DNA of 64,000 bases. Origin: Candidatus Woesearchaeota archaeon. GTDB lineage: Archaea; Nanobdellota; Nanobdellia; Woesearchaeales; SM23-78. Under the pieces are notes generated by a model. It made no database searches, was not told where the DNA came from, and saw only the letters and a list, made by a program, of their open reading frames with translations. Shown piece by piece: positions 34,581 to 45,095 of the stretch (positions within the stretch are counted from its first letter, which is position 1; each line of letters starts with the position of its first letter). A program made the position numbers and the translations under genes. The stretch is taken from the NCBI GenBank assembly GCA_016930415.1, contig JAFGGS010000003.1:6691-70690 (forward strand), in the 5' to 3' direction.

Positions 34581-36080
34581 ATGGCGATTATAAGACAAGG
34601 ATTCATTGCGAAAGGCACGACGTGCGAGAGCTGCGCTAAGATAATAGAGCGGCAGGCCTTGAAGGTCAAGGGGGTTGAAGATGTCAGTTTCGACTATCCG
34701 TCCGAGACTGGCGTCGTCACGTTTGACAGCAAGAAGACTGATATTGACACGATACTCTACAGGATCGAGAAGAAGGGTTACACCTGCCTGATCCTTGACG
34801 ATTCAAAAGCAGGCCCTGACGCTGGCGGGGCGAATAACAACTGGCTTGGCTGGACCTTTGCAGTCATAGGGATACTTATCGCAGGATACTTCCTACTGAA
34901 CCTAGTGGACAGCATCTCTCTTCCGACAATAAGCCAGAACATGGGCTACGGCCTCTTGTTCATCGTGGGCCTCCTCACTGGCTTCCACTGCATCGCGATG
35001 TGCGGCGGATTCGTCGTAGGCTACACTGCAAAGGACGCGCAGGAAGGCAGGAGCTCTCATAAGTCTCATTTATTATACGGCGTAGGAAAGACCTTGTCCT
35101 ACACTATCATAGGAGCCGCGTTTGGTCTCTTAGGGTCTATCATAGCGTTCACTCCTGGGATGAGGGGCACGATCGGCCTGCTCGCAGGATTATTCCTGGT
35201 CCTGTTCGGCCTGAAGATGCTAAACGTCTTCCCTGCCTTGAGAAAGATCCAGTTCAAGACACCTGCATTTGTTTCAAGGTTCGTGGGCAAGAGCTCAAAG
35301 CAGACCAAGAGCCCCCTAGTTATTGGGCTGCTTAACGGGCTCATGATTGCCTGCGGACCTTTGCAGGCGATCTACGTCATGGCAGCAGGCACAGGCAGCA
35401 TGATCGAGGGTGCGAAGATCCTCTTCGTCTTCGGCCTAGGGACTTTGCCTGTCATGCTCGGCTTCGGCTACTTCGCAAGCTACATCTCCAGCAGGGCGAC
35501 CCAGAAGATACTGAAGGCATCTGGCGTCGTAGTGATAATACTTGGCCTCGTCATGATGAACAACGGCCTGGTCTTGACAGGCAGCGGCTACGACGCGCAG
35601 TCAATAGTACAGCTCGTGACTGCGACCCGATCCTCAGGAGGGATTTCAGGCGCAGCGAGCGCATCAGCAGGAAGCGAAGATACAGTAGTGATGAAGGACG
35701 GCTATCAGGAGATAAGGATGGACGTCCTCAGGTCTGGCTGGAGCCCAGACACCTTTGTCCTGAAGAAGGGCGTGCCTGTCAAGTGGATCGTGAACGGCAA
35801 GGAGATAACCGGGTGCAACAACGCGATCCAAGTCCCAAAGTATGGGCTCAATTTCAAGATAACGCCTGGAGAGCAGACTATCGAGTTCACGCCTGACGAG
35901 TCCGGCGTCGTTCGCTGGAGCTGCTGGATGGGAATGATTCCAGGCACGTTCATAGTCAAGGACGACATCGACTTGTCAGACACTGAAGCGGTCCAGAAGG
36001 AGATTGCAAGCATACCTGCCTCCAAGCCTGCAGGAACCTGTGGTGCGGGCGCTGGCGGCGGATGCGGATGCGGTGGATGA
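34581..36080 (+). CDS. HMA + DsbD_2/TauE-like membrane domain + cupredoxin-like domain protein
   Basis: GTTCESC; GFHCIAMCGG; GLLNGLMIACGPLQ; FGLGTLP; WSCWMGM; C-terminal CGAGAGGGCGCGG. Confidence 0.85.
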   Translation: MAIIRQGFIAKGTTCESCAKIIERQALKVKGVEDVSFDYPSETGVVTFDSKKTDIDTILYRIEKKGYTCLILDDSKAGPDAGGANNNWLGWTFAVIGILIAGYFLLNLVDSISLPTISQNMGYGLLFIVGLLTGFHCIAMCGGFVVGYTAKDAQEGRSSHKSHLLYGVGKTLSYTIIGAAFGLLGSIIAFTPGMRGTIGLLAGLFLVLFGLKMLNVFPALRKIQFKTPAFVSRFVGKSSKQTKSPLVIGLLNGLMIACGPLQAIYVMAAGTGSMIEGAKILFVFGLGTLPVMLGFGYFASYISSRATQKILKASGVVVIILGLVMMNNGLVLTGSGYDAQSIVQLVTATRSSGGISGAASASAGSEDTVVMKDGYQEIRMDVLRSGWSPDTFVLKKGVPVKWIVNGKEITGCNNAIQVPKYGLNFKITPGEQTIEFTPDESGVVRWSCWMGMIPGTFIVKDDIDLSDTEAVQKEIASIPASKPAGTCGAGAGGGCGCGG

Positions 36081-36436
36081 AGATGAGAAGGATATTGATT
36101 CTAGCGTTAGTGGTGTTGTCAGCAGCGGCAGTGCTCGCGCTATCAGGATGCTCGCAGCAGTCGATAAACCTGCAGCCGTTCGCGCAGTGCCTCACCGAGA
36201 AGGACGTCACCATGTTCGGCACCACGTGGTGCTCTCACTGCCAGGCCCAGAAGGAGCTCTTTGGAAGCTCATTCGAGGAGGTGCACTTCGTGGATTGCGA
36301 TGCAAGGCCTGGCGAATGCCAGCAGAACGGCGTAGAGGCGTATCCTACCTGGAAGATCAACAACACAAGCTACTTGGGAGAGCAGTCCTTGGAGAGGTTG
36401 GCGTTCCTTAGCGGGTGCAACCTGCCGGCACAATGA
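36077..36436 (+). CDS. Thioredoxin/glutaredoxin-like lipoprotein
   Basis: Lipobox LSGC; WCSHC; YPTW cis-Pro motif. Confidence 0.82.
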   Translation: MKMRRILILALVVLSAAAVLALSGCSQQSINLQPFAQCLTEKDVTMFGTTWCSHCQAQKELFGSSFEEVHFVDCDARPGECQQNGVEAYPTWKINNTSYLGEQSLERLAFLSGCNLPAQ

Positions 36437-36516
36437 ACGCTTTAACGGTTTGATGATTGGATTTTCCAAAAATTAAAAAACAGCAGTATCAAAGGAGATA
36501 GAGGAGAGGTGTAAGC

Positions 36517-38676
36517 ATGAAGAAAGTGGTCTTGGACGTCAAGGGGATGCATTGCGCTAGCTGCTCGACCCTGCTTGACAGGACCTTGAGCCGGATCGAC
36601 GGCGTCAAGGCGGCGAACGTCAACCTGACGACTGAGAAAGCCACTGTGGAGTTCGAGGAGGGCAAGGCTCATGTGTCCCAGTTCATCAAGGCCATAGAGT
36701 CAAAGGGCTACGGCGCGAGCGAATCCGCTAATGGGATGAAGTCTGGGATGCTTGACAAGCACGCGGAGCTTGATTCCTTGAAGAAGAAGCTCTTGATCGG
36801 ATTGTTCTTTGCAGTGCCCGCGTTCATCATCGGGATGTTCATAATGGGCGAGCAGCTCCCTTACAAGAGCCTGATTCTTCTCGTGCTGGCAACTCCAGTC
36901 CAGTTCTACCTCGGGTTTGACATGTATAGGTCTGCGTTCCAGGCCTTGAAGGGCTTTAGCGCCAACATGGACTCGCTAATAGTCCTTGGCACGAGCGCGG
37001 CGTATTTCTACAGCGTATACGTAGTCATCACAGGCGGGATGCACACCTACTTCGAGGCGAGCGCGGTCCTGATAACAATAGTCATATTCGGAAGATACCT
37101 TGAGGCAAAGGCCAAGGGCAAGACCACGGACGCCATAAAGAAACTTATAGGCTTGAAGCCTAAGACTGCGTGCGTGATCCGCGAAGACCAGGAGGTCAGG
37201 ATACCTGTTGATGACGTGAAGGTCGGGGACCTTATACTGGTCCGACCTGGCGAGAAGATCCCTGTCGACGGAGTTATCGGCGAGGGTCATTCATCTGTCG
37301 ATGAGAGCATGATAACTGGCGAGTCCATTCCTGTCGAGAAGAAGGAAGGGGACCAGGTCATAGGCGCGACCATCAACAAGACGGGCGCGTTCCAGTTCAA
37401 GGCTTCGAAGGTCGGGGCAAAGACCACTCTTGCAAGGATAATAAAGCTGGTCGAGGACGCTCAAGGCAGCAAGGCGCCGATTCAGCGTTTCGCAGACGAG
37501 GTTTCAGCTTATTTCGTGCCTGTCGTGCTCCTAATCGCGATTGTCACTTTTACGACGTGGATGATTGTAAAAGGCGACCTTAGCTTTGCTCTCGTCGCAG
37601 CGATTTCAGTCCTTGTAATCGCGTGTCCGTGCGCGCTTGGCCTTGCGACTCCGACCGCGATAATGGTCGGCACAGGCAAGGGCGCAAGCAACGGAGTCCT
37701 GATCAAGGGCGGAGAGGCTCTTGAGACTGCTCACAGGATAAAGCACGTCGTCCTGGACAAGACAGGCACGATCACTGAAGGCAAGCCAAGCCTGACTGAT
37801 ATAGAGTCAGACATGGATAGTGGCAAGTTCCTGCACGTCGCGGCTTCCCTTGAGAAGATGAGCGAGCACCCGCTCGCAGAGGCTATCGTCAAGGCTCACA
37901 AGGGCAGCTTCGAGAAGGTCGAGGGTTTCAAGGCCATCCCAGGCCACGGAGTCCATGGGAATATCCGTCATAAAGAGTATTTTCTTGGCAACAAGAAGCT
38001 GATGGATGACTTTGGCATCCCGATCGCTGACTACGAGAGCCAGGCGAGTAGGCTGGAGTCAGAGGGAAAAACAGTGATGTTCCTTGCTGAAGGGAAGAGT
38101 CTCTTAGGAGTCGTGGCTGTCGCTGACAGGATAAAGGAGAGCTCTAAGCGCGCAGTCCAGGAGCTGATGGACCTAGGCATCACTCCTCACATGATAACAG
38201 GCGACAACGAGCGGACGGCAAAAGCGATAGCGTCGCAAGTCGGCATCAAGGATTACTTCGCAGAGGTCTTGCCAGAGGACAAGGCAGGCCACGTGAAGGA
38301 GCTGCAGAAGCATGGCAAGGTAGCCATGGTCGGTGATGGCATAAACGACGCGCCCGCGCTTGCCCAGGCAGACATAGGCATCGCCATGGGTTCAGGCACT
38401 GACGTCGCGATGGAGACTGGTAACGTCGTGCTCATGAAAGATGATCTTCTGGATGTCGCAAAGGCGATTCGCCTGAGCAGAGCAACCATGAGCAAGATCC
38501 GGCAGAACATGTTCTGGGCCCTAGCCTACAACGTGGCAGGGATCCCGATCGCCGCGGGAGTGTTCTACGTCTGGACTGGCTGGCTCTTGAATCCCATGAT
38601 AGCCGGAGGCGCGATGGCCTTGAGCAGCGTGAGCGTGGTCAGCAACAGCCTGCTGTTGAAGATGAAGAGGATATGA
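36517..38676 (+). CDS. copA: Cu(I)-exporting P1B-type ATPase
   Basis: [42 protein letters not shown] and MALSS motifs. Confidence 0.96.
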   Translation: MKKVVLDVKGMHCASCSTLLDRTLSRIDGVKAANVNLTTEKATVEFEEGKAHVSQFIKAIESKGYGASESANGMKSGMLDKHAELDSLKKKLLIGLFFAVPAFIIGMFIMGEQLPYKSLILLVLATPVQFYLGFDMYRSAFQALKGFSANMDSLIVLGTSAAYFYSVYVVITGGMHTYFEASAVLITIVIFGRYLEAKAKGKTTDAIKKLIGLKPKTACVIREDQEVRIPVDDVKVGDLILVRPGEKIPVDGVIGEGHSSVDESMITGESIPVEKKEGDQVIGATINKTGAFQFKASKVGAKTTLARIIKLVEDAQGSKAPIQRFADEVSAYFVPVVLLIAIVTFTTWMIVKGDLSFALVAAISVLVIACPCALGLATPTAIMVGTGKGASNGVLIKGGEALETAHRIKHVVLDKTGTITEGKPSLTDIESDMDSGKFLHVAASLEKMSEHPLAEAIVKAHKGSFEKVEGFKAIPGHGVHGNIRHKEYFLGNKKLMDDFGIPIADYESQASRLESEGKTVMFLAEGKSLLGVVAVADRIKESSKRAVQELMDLGITPHMITGDNERTAKAIASQVGIKDYFAEVLPEDKAGHVKELQKHGKVAMVGDGINDAPALAQADIGIAMGSGTDVAMETGNVVLMKDDLLDVAKAIRLSRATMSKIRQNMFWALAYNVAGIPIAAGVFYVWTGWLLNPMIAGGAMALSSVSVVSNSLLLKMKRI

Positions 38677-38756
38677 AATAAAAAAAAAGGAGTAAAAGCC
38701 AGCGCAGAATCGCATCCTCAATAGATTTCGCGCTGGGTTGATTGATAAAAGAAAAC

Positions 38757-40142
38757 TCAAACAATCCTCTTATACAGCCACTCCTTCCTCTTGAAGTAGA
38801 AGTACAAGACCAATCCTAAAGAGACTATGTTAGAGATTGGATAGGCCGCCCAGATCCCCATCTCTCCTATCTTCAGAACAAAGACAAGCACTGAGCTGAT
38901 TATTATCAGGGCTCCTGCCTGGAAGACTGCTTGCATCATGGCTTGGGTTGTCTTGCCAGCTGCCTTGAGCGCGCCCATTATCGCCATCTGCATGCCTATG
39001 AGCCCGAATGTGAGCGCCATCCACCTGATAAAGGTGGTCGATAATGCTATCACCTTATCTTCCCCAGGGACAAAGAAGGTGTTTATCGGCTCTGCAAATA
39101 TGAATATGACGGCACCTAAAGCCAGAAGGGTCCAGAATCCTATCTTCATGCCAGTTCCAAGTATCTTGTCTGCTCGCTCGTATTGCTTGGCTCCGATGTT
39201 GTTTCCTACAAGGGCGGTGGTCCCGATCGAGAAACCCACTGCTGGGATGATGATAAAGCTTAGCATCCGAGCTCCGATGCCATAAGCCGCGACAACCGTC
39301 GTTCCTAGCGTCGAGACGACGAATATCATGGCGAACATGCCAAAGGACCTTGATGAAAACTCCAGCGAGGATGGGACTCCTAGCCTGAAGAGTTGTTTCA
39401 TCCAGGGTGCCTTGAGCTTCAGGTAGCCCATTCTCAGCTTTATGCCGTGCGTGCCGAGCCATAGGGAGAAGAGCCCTATCAGTGCCGAAAGAGATGCCGT
39501 CACGAACGTCGCCCATGCGACGCCAGCCACTCCCATCGCAGGGATGAACTTCCATCCGAACATGAACAAGGGGTCTAGGAAGAAGTTGAGTATAACTGTC
39601 GCCAATATGACTATCATCGGGAACTTAACCTCACCCACTCCTCTTAAGGATGATTGGAAGACCATGTAGATGAACATGGCGACGACGGTGAGGAACGATA
39701 TCTGAAGGTAAGACGTCGCATTTGGCAGTACTGCAGGGTCGCTTGTAAGCAGCGAGAGGAGCGGGCCTGACAGGAAGTAACCTGCCGTGCTCATCACAAG
39801 CGATATCAACGTGACAAGGGAGAGGGTCTGCCCTGTAGATAAGGAGACTCCTTTCTCGTCCCCTTTGCCGTTGTACTGCGCTACAAGGATGGCGCCTGCC
39901 ATGGTGAATCCTGTCGCGAAGGAGATTATGAAGAACAGTATGGGAAAACTAAGCGAGACCGCGGCTACTGCTGCTTCTCCGAGGCGCCCTACCCAGAAAG
40001 TATCGATTAGCTGGTAGAGTGTCTGGAGGATGTTCGCGAATATTACAGGGATCGATATCTTGAAGATTGACTTGATCACAGAGCCTTCCAGCAGGTGATG
40101 GCTGCGGCCGCGAGGCTTTTTTGATTGTTCGCGTCTAGGCAT
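38757..40142 (-). CDS. MATE family efflux transporter
   Basis: IDTFWVGRLG, NFFLDPLF, MGVAGVAWAT, 12 TM helices. Confidence 0.92.
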   Translation of the reverse strand: MPRREQSKKPRGRSHHLLEGSVIKSIFKISIPVIFANILQTLYQLIDTFWVGRLGEAAVAAVSLSFPILFFIISFATGFTMAGAILVAQYNGKGDEKGVSLSTGQTLSLVTLISLVMSTAGYFLSGPLLSLLTSDPAVLPNATSYLQISFLTVVAMFIYMVFQSSLRGVGEVKFPMIVILATVILNFFLDPLFMFGWKFIPAMGVAGVAWATFVTASLSALIGLFSLWLGTHGIKLRMGYLKLKAPWMKQLFRLGVPSSLEFSSRSFGMFAMIFVVSTLGTTVVAAYGIGARMLSFIIIPAVGFSIGTTALVGNNIGAKQYERADKILGTGMKIGFWTLLALGAVIFIFAEPINTFFVPGEDKVIALSTTFIRWMALTFGLIGMQMAIMGALKAAGKTTQAMMQAVFQAGALIIISSVLVFVLKIGEMGIWAAYPISNIVSLGLVLYFYFKRKEWLYKRIV

Positions 40143-40147
40143 GAGAG

Positions 40148-40163
40148 CATTGGGACGCCAATG
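40148..40163. promoter_or_regulatory. Inverted repeat (candidate operator) between the TATA box and the MATE start
   Basis: CATTGG-GACG-CCAATG, adjacent to a TATA at ~40164-40173. Confidence 0.4.
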
Positions 40164-40323
40164 TTTTAAAAAATGATTGCTTGATGCTCAAACCTGTTGC
40201 TATAGAATGCGGTGTCAGGATGCGAGGGCTACATTTGGAAGGAAAGGGGAGGTAAGTGAAAAACAGAGAGGACGTTAAGCCTAAGAATCTTTAATGCTCC
40301 TGTTTTCTTTCCCCGATAGGAGT

Positions 40324-40584
40324 TCAAGCCTTTGGCAACAGCTTCTTCACGTCTTCAGGCCAGCCGTCGCCTTTTGTGCCTATCATCGCTTGGCCGTTTG
40401 GCAACAGGTTGACTGGTACGCTTTCTTGGCCTAGGCTATCGGCCACTTTCTTTCTTATGCACTTGGCTTGGCTTGGCCCTTTGCAGTAGAGGTTTGAGAA
40501 TATGAATAATGGGGCTTCTTTTGTCTTGTCGTTGGCGTATTCCTTGAACATGTTGCAAGTGGTGTAGTATGGGCAGTCTGACAT
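40324..40584 (-). CDS. Small Cys-rich hypothetical protein
   Basis: SD GAGGTG; CPYYTTC...YCKG....CIR...VPVNLLPNG. Confidence 0.75.
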   Translation of the reverse strand: MSDCPYYTTCNMFKEYANDKTKEAPLFIFSNLYCKGPSQAKCIRKKVADSLGQESVPVNLLPNGQAMIGTKGDGWPEDVKKLLPKA

Positions 40585-40736
40585 TTTGCACCTCAAGTGA
40601 TGAGTTTTCAGTGAAAATCATTTTTTGCTAAGCCGAAACTGTAGCTTTACCATTTATAAATATATCTAGAAATATTTTTAAAATTTAAAACAAATAGTTT
40701 ATAAAATAAACAATAAACACAGATGGCAGAGGAGAA

Positions 40737-41312
40737 ATGGACAAGTATGACAGCATAGACCTGGACATTCTGCAGGAGCTTAACAGCGATTTCAAGAAGA
40801 GCCTCGCAGAGGTCGGGAAAAAAGTGGGCCTGTCCCACGCGGCAGTCAAGTACAGGATCGACCAGATGAGGAGTAAAGACCTCATCTCAAGATCATACAA
40901 CCTGAACATAAACAAGCTCAACCTCCAGTTCTTCTGCCTGATAATGCACGTTAACGAGAAGGAAAGGCTGAAGGAAGAGTTCTCCAACTGCCCTAAAGTC
41001 ATGGCATACTACGATACCATAGGAGATTATAACCTGATGATACTTCTGCTTGTCGAGAACCTGCAGACTGCAGAAGCGATGCTCAGCCACTGCCCGCTAT
41101 TCTCAGGATGGAGCATACAGAAGAAGGTGCTCCTGCCGCTGCTCAACTACTCAAGGAAGTACAGGCAGATAAACCTTAGCTATCGCGAGAAGGGGAAGAA
41201 GAACCCCTGCAAGAAGATGGACAGCAAGTTCTGCCTCAAATGCGAGGCCTACAAGCAAGGTAGGTGCTGCGGCTGCCCGACGATGCCAGGATACAAGGGC
41301 AACTTCAAATGA
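40737..41312 (+). CDS. Lrp/AsnC regulator with C-terminal Cys cluster
   Basis: DSIDLDILQEL...SLAEVGKKVGLSHAAVKYRI HTH; TIGDYNL; tail PCKKMDSKFCLKCEAYKQGRCCGCP. Confidence 0.87.
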   Translation: MDKYDSIDLDILQELNSDFKKSLAEVGKKVGLSHAAVKYRIDQMRSKDLISRSYNLNINKLNLQFFCLIMHVNEKERLKEEFSNCPKVMAYYDTIGDYNLMILLLVENLQTAEAMLSHCPLFSGWSIQKKVLLPLLNYSRKYRQINLSYREKGKKNPCKKMDSKFCLKCEAYKQGRCCGCPTMPGYKGNFK

Positions 41313-41314
41313 AG

Positions 41315-43321
41315 TCACGCCCTAGACTTCACCCACACTACTTCGTAAGGCTTGAGCCTCATCGTGAAATCGTGCAGCACGATCCTTGGCTTGGTGAGGG
41401 GCTTGTCTTTTATTATGTTGTAGAGGGTCTTCGGATTTAGCCCTAATTCTTGGCAGTTCACCCTGAACTCCTGGTCCTTGTCAGTGACGTTGACTAGGGC
41501 CAATATCTTCTCCTTTCCATCAATGCTCGTCCGCAGGACTGAGAAGACCTGGTCGTTCGGTATGAGCACCTGCTGCCCTCCTAAAGGGTGGAATGCCTTC
41601 TCATCAGCCCTCACCCTGAGCAGATGGTTGAACTTCTTAAATATCATTGAAGGAAGGGAGTCTTCTGAGAGCATCTTATCTATCTCTCTAGCGTTGAAGT
41701 TCTTCCTGTTGATATCCCTGTTTATATTGGTCCTGGAAAATGTTTCCATGTCGTTCTTGGTGCCGAACAGGCTGTGGAAGTATACGCCAGACACTCCTTT
41801 AAGCGAGAGGGCGATTGCCCTTGACGCCAGGTAGCGCACGACCTGGAACGGCTCGCTTGGCAGGTTTACCGCGTTCCACCAAGTGATGTTCAGTTCGTAC
41901 GGCACTTCTTTCTCTAGCCCCACCTTCTTCTTCTGGACCAGGCTTCCGTGCTTCTTCGCCTCTGCTATCAGGAAGTCTACTTCGCTCTTCGGGAGGATCC
42001 TGCTTGCCGGCGTTAGTCCTATGCCGTCGTGGCTTGCCAGGAAGTTGAAATAAGTCCCGTGCGCAGGGTACTTGAGCTTTGTCGCCCATTTGCTTATGTG
42101 CCTACAGCTTCCCTTGTATATGGTATAAAGGACTAGGGGTGGAAGTGTGAAATTGTAGACCATCTGAGCTTCTCTTGAGCTCGAGCCGCTGTTTCCGAAG
42201 TAGCTTATGTTCTTTGCGTGCGGCACGTTAGTCTCTGATATCAGCGAGACGCTCGGGGCCACTATGTCAAGCACGTCCCTGAAGAGCTGTATTATCACGT
42301 GCGCCTGGCGAAGGTGAGTGCAGCTAGTCCCTAGCTCCTTCCACAAATAGTTCACCGCGTCCAGGCGTATCATGTTCGCGCCGTGATGCACGTATAATAA
42401 CAGGGTCTCTATGATCTCAAGGAGCACCCTTGGCTCCTTGTAGTTTAAGTCTACCTGGTCCTTGCTGAAGGTTGTCCAAACATAGGTCTTCACGTGCGCC
42501 TTGCCTTCCTTTCTCAAGTATTCGGTCAAGAGGTCGCTCGTCCTTGGCCTGACTATCTTCCTCATCTGCTCTGGAGTTATGGAGCTCTTCGAAGGATAGT
42601 GGATGAAGTAGTTCTCGTACTCTGGATCCCCCTGCAGGAAACCCTTGAACCACCTGCTCTGGCTCGAGACATGGTTTATCACTCCGTCTAACATGAGGTT
42701 GAAGTTCTCTCCTAAGTCCTCGACGTCGTCCCAGGTGCCGAAGTTTTGCTTTACCATCGCGTAGTTCTTCACTGAGAATCCCCTATCAGACGAGTAAGGA
42801 TAGAACGGCAGGACGTGTATCGTGCTTATGACTCCCCTGAGGTGCTTGTCCGAGAACCTCTTGAGAGTCTTTAACGTGTCTGTGTCTGGCGACCGCACAG
42901 TATCAGGATATGTTATGAGAATCGCGTCCTTCTCTGTGAAGCGGTTCAAGGGCTTGAAGGATGAGTCTAGTTTTTTCAGCTTCGAAGGCTTGTGCTTCAC
43001 GAAGTGCTGCATGAGTATTTGAAGCTGCGAGAAAACGCGCTTACCCTCTTCTGGTCCGTAGAGAAGCGTGAGTTTCGACAACATAGCTTTCTGCTTGTCC
43101 CGAAAAGCCACGCGGACGTGCTTCGGGGCGGGCTTTTTCCTGCCGATGGTCCTCTTCAGTCCCTTGCTTATGCCTTTTCCGATGCCTCTGCTCTTCCCAA
43201 GGCCTCTGCTAATGCCCTCACCCACTCCTCTACCTAAGTTTCCTGTAAGTTGGTCTGTTATGCGGTACCATCTCTTCGCTTCCTGAGTAAAGAAATCAAA
43301 AGGCTTGGTTATCATTGGCAT
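41315..43321 (-). CDS. GH13_18 sugar phosphorylase (likely glucosylglycerate phosphorylase)
   Basis: LITYPD, HVLPFYPYSSDRGF, NHVS, WTTFSKDQVDLN, RLDAV, SETNVP, NFLASHDGIG, PYELN. Confidence 0.85.
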   Translation of the reverse strand: MPMITKPFDFFTQEAKRWYRITDQLTGNLGRGVGEGISRGLGKSRGIGKGISKGLKRTIGRKKPAPKHVRVAFRDKQKAMLSKLTLLYGPEEGKRVFSQLQILMQHFVKHKPSKLKKLDSSFKPLNRFTEKDAILITYPDTVRSPDTDTLKTLKRFSDKHLRGVISTIHVLPFYPYSSDRGFSVKNYAMVKQNFGTWDDVEDLGENFNLMLDGVINHVSSQSRWFKGFLQGDPEYENYFIHYPSKSSITPEQMRKIVRPRTSDLLTEYLRKEGKAHVKTYVWTTFSKDQVDLNYKEPRVLLEIIETLLLYVHHGANMIRLDAVNYLWKELGTSCTHLRQAHVIIQLFRDVLDIVAPSVSLISETNVPHAKNISYFGNSGSSSREAQMVYNFTLPPLVLYTIYKGSCRHISKWATKLKYPAHGTYFNFLASHDGIGLTPASRILPKSEVDFLIAEAKKHGSLVQKKKVGLEKEVPYELNITWWNAVNLPSEPFQVVRYLASRAIALSLKGVSGVYFHSLFGTKNDMETFSRTNINRDINRKNFNAREIDKMLSEDSLPSMIFKKFNHLLRVRADEKAFHPLGGQQVLIPNDQVFSVLRTSIDGKEKILALVNVTDKDQEFRVNCQELGLNPKTLYNIIKDKPLTKPRIVLHDFTMRLKPYEVVWVKSRA

Positions 43322-43445
43322 TCTAAGTGGGGTCTTGGGGATTATAATATAAAAAACTTCTGGGAAACGCGGTTTTTTTGTGACAATTTAATGACGAAAA
43401 CAGCTCAAAAAAGTATTTAAACCTGGCATCGTTGACAATAATAAG

Positions 43446-45047
43446 ATGGCGGGGAGCGGATCAAGAGCAAGAGTTTCCTCAACCAAGCGCAGCAACAGGC
43501 GAAGGCCTGCAAAAGGCGACCTTCCTGGCCTGAGCGCAGAAGAATTCTTCTTGAAGGAAGGAAGCGGAAAAGGATACTCGTTTGACGACTTCAACATACT
43601 GGACAGCATAGAGACAGAGATCGGCCTCGACCAGATAAGCCTTGAGACCGACCTGGGTAAAGGAGTCAAGCTATACATCCCTGTAGTCGCAGCTCCAATG
43701 GACACTGTCTCCGAAGCGAATCTCAGCATCGCGATAGCACAGCAAGGAGGGATCTCGGTTATCCATCATAACCAGAGGGATGCGGACAACAGGTTCTTGC
43801 TGGAAGAGCAGATAAGCGAAATCGAGAAGGTAAAGCGCCACCAGAGTGGGTTCATATCCCAACCCATGACAGTCGCTCCAGGCATGACCATCGGAGAGGC
43901 TCGCGAGAAGGGCAAGAGATTCATGGTGAGCAGCGAGAGAAGGCCTAGCGGCTCAGGCATCATAGACACGTTTCCAGTCACAAGGGACGGCACGCTAGAC
44001 AGCGAGCTTGTAGGATTTCTTACAAGAGACTGCTATTTTGAGGATAGCGACCTAGACCTCAAGGTAGGCGCCAAGATGTACTCCCTTGACGAGCTGCTAA
44101 GGAATGGCATGGTCATCCGGAAAAGCAACGTGACAGAGAAACAGGCAAGAAGACAGATGGCCGATAGGAGGATCAGGCACCTCCTGGCGATTACAAGAGC
44201 TGGAAAGATAAACTATCTGGTCACGAGAAAGGATATGGTCAAGAACGCTAGGTTCCCGCACGCAACAAGGGATGATAAGGGAAGGCTTCGGGTGCTCTTC
44301 AGCGTGGACACCAAGGATTTTGTAGAGCCGCTCGAGCGAGGATTCGCAGCAGGCGCAGACGGAGTCGTGGTGGATACGTCTCAAGGCCTCACAATGTATG
44401 CCAAGAAGACCATGAGGTTCATTAAGAATCATTATTCTGACAAGCTCATAATCGGAGGCAACATAAGCACTTCAGCAGCTGCTCGTAAGCTTGAGAAGTA
44501 CGGCATGGATGCTTACAGGTGCGGCCAGGGAGTTGGCTCTATCTGCACGACGCAGGACACCATAGGCGTCGGAAGGGCAGGAGCGACTGCAATATATGAT
44601 TGTGCAAGAGCCTCAAGACTGGCAGTCATAGCGGACGGCGGCATAAGGGGCGGCGGAGACATCGTGAAGGCATTGGCTCTCGGAGCGCACGCAGTCATGC
44701 TAGGAAACCTGCTTGCAAGAACCGATGAGAGCCCTGGAGAGCTGGTCGAGACCGCCAGTGGGGAGCGCATGAAGAAATACAGGGGAATGGGATCACTTGA
44801 AGCGATGGGCGGCCGCAGCATAAGGGATTACGGGGTGCAAGCCCAGGGAGTGACTGGCTATGTGAGGAGCAAGGGAAGCGTGCACTCGTTCGTTCCAGGG
44901 CTTGTCAATAGCGTCATGAAAGGGCTTCAGGCGCTCAACTGCAGGAACTTAAGGGAACTGCATGATTATATGAGGAAGGGGCTCATAAGGTTTGAGAGCC
45001 GCGAGCCAGGTGCGCTTGTCGAGAGCAAGCCTCACAGCCTCAATTGA
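43446..45047 (+). CDS. guaB: IMP dehydrogenase (IMPDH/GMPR family) with CBS region
   Basis: AAPMDTVSE, GSICTT, IADGGI, VMLGNLL, YRGMGS, AQGV; adjacent to purA. Confidence 0.88.
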   Translation: MAGSGSRARVSSTKRSNRRRPAKGDLPGLSAEEFFLKEGSGKGYSFDDFNILDSIETEIGLDQISLETDLGKGVKLYIPVVAAPMDTVSEANLSIAIAQQGGISVIHHNQRDADNRFLLEEQISEIEKVKRHQSGFISQPMTVAPGMTIGEAREKGKRFMVSSERRPSGSGIIDTFPVTRDGTLDSELVGFLTRDCYFEDSDLDLKVGAKMYSLDELLRNGMVIRKSNVTEKQARRQMADRRIRHLLAITRAGKINYLVTRKDMVKNARFPHATRDDKGRLRVLFSVDTKDFVEPLERGFAAGADGVVVDTSQGLTMYAKKTMRFIKNHYSDKLIIGGNISTSAAARKLEKYGMDAYRCGQGVGSICTTQDTIGVGRAGATAIYDCARASRLAVIADGGIRGGGDIVKALALGAHAVMLGNLLARTDESPGELVETASGERMKKYRGMGSLEAMGGRSIRDYGVQAQGVTGYVRSKGSVHSFVPGLVNSVMKGLQALNCRNLRELHDYMRKGLIRFESREPGALVESKPHSLN

Positions 45048-45095
45048 TCTTGGTTTTTGATTCATTAAATATAACGTTAAGGGGAGTGATGTGCA

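Noticed and set aside
40208-40221. Partial match to the tRNA-Leu 3' end (possible att site)
   Set aside because: Only about 13 matching bases with a mismatch and a gap, no integrase, and the intervening genes are housekeeping.
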